This document shows, one piece after another, positions 59,622 through 64,000 of a DNA stretch of 64,000 nt. Source of the stretch: Candidatus Bathyarchaeota archaeon (lineage in GTDB: Archaea > Thermoproteota > Bathyarchaeia > Bathyarchaeales > Bathycorpusculaceae). Each line of letters starts with the position of its first letter. The first letter of the stretch is position 1. The DNA is taken from the NCBI GenBank assembly GCA_963833575.1, contig CAWHXY010000007.1, positions 32,001 through 96,000 of the forward strand, in the 5' to 3' direction. The position numbers were made by a program, and so were the translations under genes. Under the pieces are notes generated by a model. The model was not told where the DNA came from. It searched no databases and saw only the letters and a program-made list of their open reading frames with translations.

Positions 59622-61589
59622 TTGAGCGAAATGTCAGAATCTAGTTTACCTTTCAACGAAAGGTATTATCCAAGTATCGCAAAAGTTTCTAATGGAGAGA
59701 TACGAAAACAAGAATCTGAAAAAGCACTAAAGAATCCACAGGAGTACTGGGCAGAAAAGGCAAAAGCTATCGATTGGTCTAAGCCGTTCAGCAAAGCCCT
59801 AGATGATTCGAATCCGCCGTTTTACAAGTGGTTCCCCGATGGAGAATTAAACATCTCTTACAACTGTCTAGACAGACATGTAAAAAGTAACCGCAAAAAC
59901 AAACTCGCTTACATTTGGGAAGGTGAAATGGGCGAAGTAAAAAATTACACTTATTATCAACTATATAGAGAAGTAAACAAACTTGCAAAAGCACTAAAAG
60001 ACCTCGGTGTCAAAAAAGGTGACCGTGTTGCAGTTTTCCTACCGGTTATTCCTGAGTTGCCCATAGCTTTGCTTGCAACCGCAAGAGTTGGCGGAATTCA
60101 CACCGTTGTATTTTCAGGGTTTAGCGCTGAAGCCTTAGCTGATAGAGTAAATGATTGTGGAGCAAAAATCTTAATCACGGCAGACGGTTCTTTCAGGCGT
60201 GGAAAACCAGTCGGCATAAAAGATAATGCAGATCGTGGAATGCCACTTATGACTAACATCGAAAAGGTTATTGTTGTTAAACGGACTGGTCAACCTGTTC
60301 AGATGAAAGAAGGCAGAGACATTTGGTACCATGATGCTCTTGCAAGTGCAGGTGCAAATGCATATGTTGAACCAGAAAGCATGAAATCAACAGATCCACT
60401 ATTCATTCTTTACACTTCAGGAACCACAGGCAAACCAAAAGGTGTTCAGCATGGAATAGGCGGATACCTTGTTTGGGCTTACTGGACTCTTAAATGGGCT
60501 TTTAACCCCACTGACGAAGACATTTACTGGTGCGTTGCAGACATCGGTTGGATCACAGGACACACATACAACGTTTATGCGCCCCTAAGTCATGGAATTA
60601 CTGCTTTCCTATTCGAAGGCACACCTGATTACCCAGGACAAGACCGCTGGTGGCAAATGATTGAAACCCACGGCATAAGCATCCTTTACGGCACACCAAC
60701 AGCTGTCAGAATGTTCATGAAATTCGGAGAAGACTTGGTACTAAAACATGACCTAAGCAGCCTACGCATACTAGGCTCAGTAGGTGAACCAATAAACCCC
60801 GAAGCTTGGAAATGGTATTACCGTGTCATAGGCAAAGAAAAACTACCGATAATCGATACCTGGTGGCAAACAGAAACCGGTGGATTTATGATTGCTCCAG
60901 CCTCAGGCATAGAACTAACACCTTTAAAACCAGGCAGCGCAACACTTCCAATGCCATCAGTCAACGCAGACATCTACGATGAGAAAGGCCAGCCAGTACA
61001 ACCAGGCAACAAAGGAGTACTAGTAATCAAGTCACCTTGGCCAGGCATGCTACAGCAAATTTGGAAAGACCCTGATCGCTTCAAACAAACTTACTTTGGC
61101 AGATGGCCAGGAATCTACTTCTCAGGCGACTACGCAGTGCGAGACCCAGATGGGTACTTTTGGCTTCTTGGCCGATCCGATGAAGTTCTCAAAGTAGCAG
61201 GCCACAGAATAGGCACCGTCGAACTTGAAAGCGCATTAGTTTCTCATCCAGCAGTCTCTGAGGCAGCAGTAATGGGCAAAGAAGACGTAGTAAAAGGAGA
61301 AGTTCCAGTAGCATTCGTTGTATTGCGAAGCGGCTTCACAGCCTCTGACGAATTACGAATGGAACTCATAAAACACGTCCGAACAACCATTGGCCCAATA
61401 GCAACTCCCGACGCCGTCATTATCGTTAACAAACTGCCAAAGACCAGAAGCGGCAAAATTATGCGAAGACTCCTCAAAGCAGTCTTAACTGGCGCACCAC
61501 TAGGCGACACATCAACAATCGAAGACGAAGGCTCAATTGAAGACATAAAAGCAACATACAGCGAACTGCGAAAGCAGCTCGCCAAATAA
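59622..61589 (+). CDS. acs: Acetyl-CoA synthetase (AMP-forming)
   Basis: YTSGTTGKPKG, ADIGWITGH, DTWWQTETG, LPKTRSGKIMRR. Confidence 0.96.
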   Translation: MSEMSESSLPFNERYYPSIAKVSNGEIRKQESEKALKNPQEYWAEKAKAIDWSKPFSKALDDSNPPFYKWFPDGELNISYNCLDRHVKSNRKNKLAYIWEGEMGEVKNYTYYQLYREVNKLAKALKDLGVKKGDRVAVFLPVIPELPIALLATARVGGIHTVVFSGFSAEALADRVNDCGAKILITADGSFRRGKPVGIKDNADRGMPLMTNIEKVIVVKRTGQPVQMKEGRDIWYHDALASAGANAYVEPESMKSTDPLFILYTSGTTGKPKGVQHGIGGYLVWAYWTLKWAFNPTDEDIYWCVADIGWITGHTYNVYAPLSHGITAFLFEGTPDYPGQDRWWQMIETHGISILYGTPTAVRMFMKFGEDLVLKHDLSSLRILGSVGEPINPEAWKWYYRVIGKEKLPIIDTWWQTETGGFMIAPASGIELTPLKPGSATLPMPSVNADIYDEKGQPVQPGNKGVLVIKSPWPGMLQQIWKDPDRFKQTYFGRWPGIYFSGDYAVRDPDGYFWLLGRSDEVLKVAGHRIGTVELESALVSHPAVSEAAVMGKEDVVKGEVPVAFVVLRSGFTASDELRMELIKHVRTTIGPIATPDAVIIVNKLPKTRSGKIMRRLLKAVLTGAPLGDTSTIEDEGSIEDIKATYSELRKQLAK

Positions 61590-61642
61590 TTTCCTTTTTT
61601 CAATTTCTTATTTTTTTAATTTTTTAAATTTCATTTTTTGGA

Positions 61643-61924
61643 TTATGCTGGTTCGAGTTTTATCTCAAAAATGTGGCCGGTAAGGTTTGGCTTTTTTTCT
61701 TGTGCGATGATCTCTAATGTGATTAGTGGAATAAGTATTCGGCCGTCTTTGCTCATTTTTGCGTAAAAGAACTGCCAGCCTTGAAAGGAACCAGGAAGCC
61801 AGATGCAGACTTTTAGAACTTGGTCCGGCTCGATCTTGAATTGCCAACGCATCAATTTTGGGATTGCAATTCTGTTGTTTTTTTGAAGCGGTGCTTTAAA
61901 GGAGATTCTTGATGATAGCGGCAT
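61643..61924 (-). CDS. Small tandem AbrB/SpoVT (MraZ-like) DNA-binding protein, paralog of 15721-15996
   Basis: Start ATG 61924: MPLS...LQKNNRIAIPK...KIEPDQVL...WQFFYAKMSKDGRILIP...NLTGHIFEIKLEPA. Confidence 0.7.
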   Translation of the reverse strand: MPLSSRISFKAPLQKNNRIAIPKLMRWQFKIEPDQVLKVCIWLPGSFQGWQFFYAKMSKDGRILIPLITLEIIAQEKKPNLTGHIFEIKLEPA

Positions 61925-61960
61925 CTGTAATCGACAACAACAAGTAGATTCAGAATTTAT

Positions 61961-62030
61961 AAACCTTTTATTGCCTCTAGTTACCTTCATTTGCCTTTAA
62001 TTGCCTTTTGACGGCTTTAGTTGCCTCTAC
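61961..62030 (-). repeat. Helically phased 10-bp tandem repeat (AGGY core in gene sense) upstream of MraZ/AbrB-like gene
   Basis: Plus-strand RCCT/GGCT at 61963, 61973, 61983, 61993, 62003, 62013 and 62023 (mostly TTGCCT), abutting TTTATAAA at 61956-61963. Confidence 0.9.
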
Positions 62031-62145
62031 CTGCAAACACTACTTGCCCTAAAGCAAAAAAGCAAACCAAAACAAACTGAACAAAAACTGCACTGAATTC
62101 AGCACCCACTTCGTTCCGCAAATCCGACCAGTTTTATACAGATTA

Positions 62146-63261
62146 TTAGAAACGGAATTTGTGGCTTTTGTTTTGAACTTCTGAGTTGAATTCTTTAGCT
62201 AATTGCTCAAGAAGAATCCGTTGCTGGGCTGTTAATTTTTCTGGAACTGAAATTCCCACTCGGACATGTAGGTCGCCTTTGCCGTAAGCTCTGAAACGTG
62301 GCATTCCTTTTCCTCTCAGAGTTATGGTTTCGCCTATTTGGGTTCCTGGATGAATCTTAATGTTTGTTGGTCCATCAAGCGTTGGAATTGTTACTTCAGC
62401 GCCAAGAGCCGCCTGTGGATAAGTAATCATAGCTACGTGCCATAGGTCGTCTCCTTCGCGCATGAATTGTTGATTAGGCTTGACATGAACGACAACGTAG
62501 AGGTCGCCTGGTTCGCCGTTGCTTGACGTCATGTCGCCTTCTCCTCTGAGCCTAAGCTGATTACCTTCGTCAATTCCCATAGGCACATGCACGGTAATTT
62601 TTCTTCGTTTTCTAACTAGCCCTGCACCCCGACAATTGCCGCAGGGAGTTTCAATTAATCTACCTTTTCCCTTACATTGTGGGCAAGCTGCAACTTGAAC
62701 AAATATTCCGAAACTGCTTCTATGCTGTACTTGCACTTGCCCTGAACCGCCACATCTTGGACACACTTTAGCTGACGTGCCTGGAGCAGCACCTGAACCC
62801 CCGCAAACATCACAACGCTCCGTTCTCGGAATCTCGATTTCCTTATCGACACCCTTGGCAGCTTCTTCCAACGTTACTTCGATGTCATAAGCTAAGTCTT
62901 GGCCTCTGTTACTTCTTTCAGCCCCAAATCCACTTCCTCCACCAAAGAAAGTTCGAAAAATATCGCCAAACCCCATATCCCGAAAGACAGAGTCAAAATC
63001 GGCACCTCTGAAAATGTCCTCTTGCTTATATCTCTGATCAAAACCAGAATGACCTAATGTATCATATTGTTGTCTCTTTTGGTCGTCTGAGAGAACAGCG
63101 TAAGCTTCGGAGATTTCTTTGAATCTTTCTTCTGCCCCCGGGTCCTTGTTACGGTCAGGATGAAATTCCATCGCTAGCTTTCTATACGCATCCTTGATTT
63201 GATCTTTTGAAGCCTCACGTTGAACGCCTAGAACTTCGTAGTAATCTCTTTTTTCAGCCAT
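62146..63261 (-). CDS. dnaJ: Chaperone DnaJ
   Basis: J domain with HPD, G/F region, four CxxCxGxG repeats. Confidence 0.97.
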   Translation of the reverse strand: MAEKRDYYEVLGVQREASKDQIKDAYRKLAMEFHPDRNKDPGAEERFKEISEAYAVLSDDQKRQQYDTLGHSGFDQRYKQEDIFRGADFDSVFRDMGFGDIFRTFFGGGSGFGAERSNRGQDLAYDIEVTLEEAAKGVDKEIEIPRTERCDVCGGSGAAPGTSAKVCPRCGGSGQVQVQHRSSFGIFVQVAACPQCKGKGRLIETPCGNCRGAGLVRKRRKITVHVPMGIDEGNQLRLRGEGDMTSSNGEPGDLYVVVHVKPNQQFMREGDDLWHVAMITYPQAALGAEVTIPTLDGPTNIKIHPGTQIGETITLRGKGMPRFRAYGKGDLHVRVGISVPEKLTAQQRILLEQLAKEFNSEVQNKSHKFRF

Positions 63262-63748
63262 TTGCTATTTACCGCTAAATTAACATTGTATCTAACTTTA
63301 AGTATGCTGTCCAGACTGGGATTTATACCATTTCCCTACAATTTGCCTGTTTTTGGGTAGAAATGGTTTTCGTTCAAACCGGTTTTAGCCCTTTTTGTAA
63401 CTTGTTTTCTATTTTCTGTTATGACAATGTTAGTCTGAGTTGTGGCTTATCACTTGCATGTTATATCGAAATTTTGAATCTTTCATTGAATTCGGGGATA
63501 GTTTTTTCTAATTAGACTATTTCTGAAGTGAAACTCAGTCTGCAATGAGGTTAGTTTTCATACTTGAAAAAATCTAAGTGCATGGCTGCGTTTTTTGATA
63601 ATTTAGATAAAGAATACGTTCAATTTTGTCTTTATTTAATGTAAACAATCTCTTTTTTGAAGAATTAGTTAAGGGTAATTTTAGCATAAATTTATAAATG
63701 AAATTTAATCCATGCTTAGTCATTGAATTTTAAGGAGAAAGAATAAAA

Positions 63749-64000
63749 ATGCAAATTGCAAAAAATAAAGCAGCAGCTATTATGATTGCTATTTTAATGA
63801 TAATTTCAATCGGAGCTTCAACATCGTTTATGCCAACTACAAAAGCACATACACCATCCTGGCAGATTCCAACATACGCTTACATTGTTGCAGAACCCAG
63901 CCCCATAGGTGTAGGCCAGAGAATTCAAATTTACATGTGGCTTGACACAGTATATGGAGCAGCCGGCGGAACTACAGCCGCTATAGGCACAAATGCCTCA
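63749..64000 (+). CDS. Secreted protein, 5' part (likely PQQ-like beta-propeller surface protein)
   Basis: RBS AGGAG; MQIAKNKAAAIMIAILMIISIGAS...HTPSWQIPTYAYIVAEPSPIGVGQ; runs off the window. Confidence 0.65.
   Translation, partial: MQIAKNKAAAIMIAILMIISIGASTSFMPTTKAHTPSWQIPTYAYIVAEPSPIGVGQRIQIYMWLDTVYGAAGGTTAAIGTNAS

Noticed and set aside
62146-63748. dnaJ without adjacent dnaK/grpE
   Set aside because: Split chaperone loci are common, and the partners may lie outside the window.

Overview
Archaeal chromosomal segment, most likely Bathyarchaeia. This is inferred from archaeal markers (tgtA, class I CCA enzyme, PAC2, archaemetzincin, UPF0200/0201) occurring together with dnaJ, class II HMG-CoA reductase and many secreted proteins with C-terminal anchors. 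Layout: an archaeal type IV pilus operon (1-9.1 kb); housekeeping genes (9-25 kb: ACD-beta, HMGR, thpR-cca, presenilin/amzA/beta-CASP/PHP/tgtA); an accessory region rich in small, duplicated and decayed genes (25-35.6 kb: Doc toxin with a tiny antitoxin, a HEPN-motif protein, many Zn-ribbon ORFs, and five copies of a ~30-bp repeat separating small genes like a cassette array); htrA, purA and a divergent pair of unannotated RHH-like genes; an ATP-dependent reductase cluster (46.4-51.5 kb: BzdP/BzdQ-type activator, BzdM-type ferredoxin, a single double-cubane-like catalytic subunit, membrane Fe-S and DsbD-like proteins); then asnS, satP-acs and dnaJ. Most striking unannotated signal: two paralogous ~92-aa tandem-AbrB (MraZ-like) genes 46 kb apart, each preceded by 7-8 short boxes at an exact 10-bp period that abut the TATA box, with a different core per paralog (AGTC vs AGGY). 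I recognised no rRNA, tRNA, CRISPR array, integrase or transposase. All family calls come from motif recognition by eye, not database searches.
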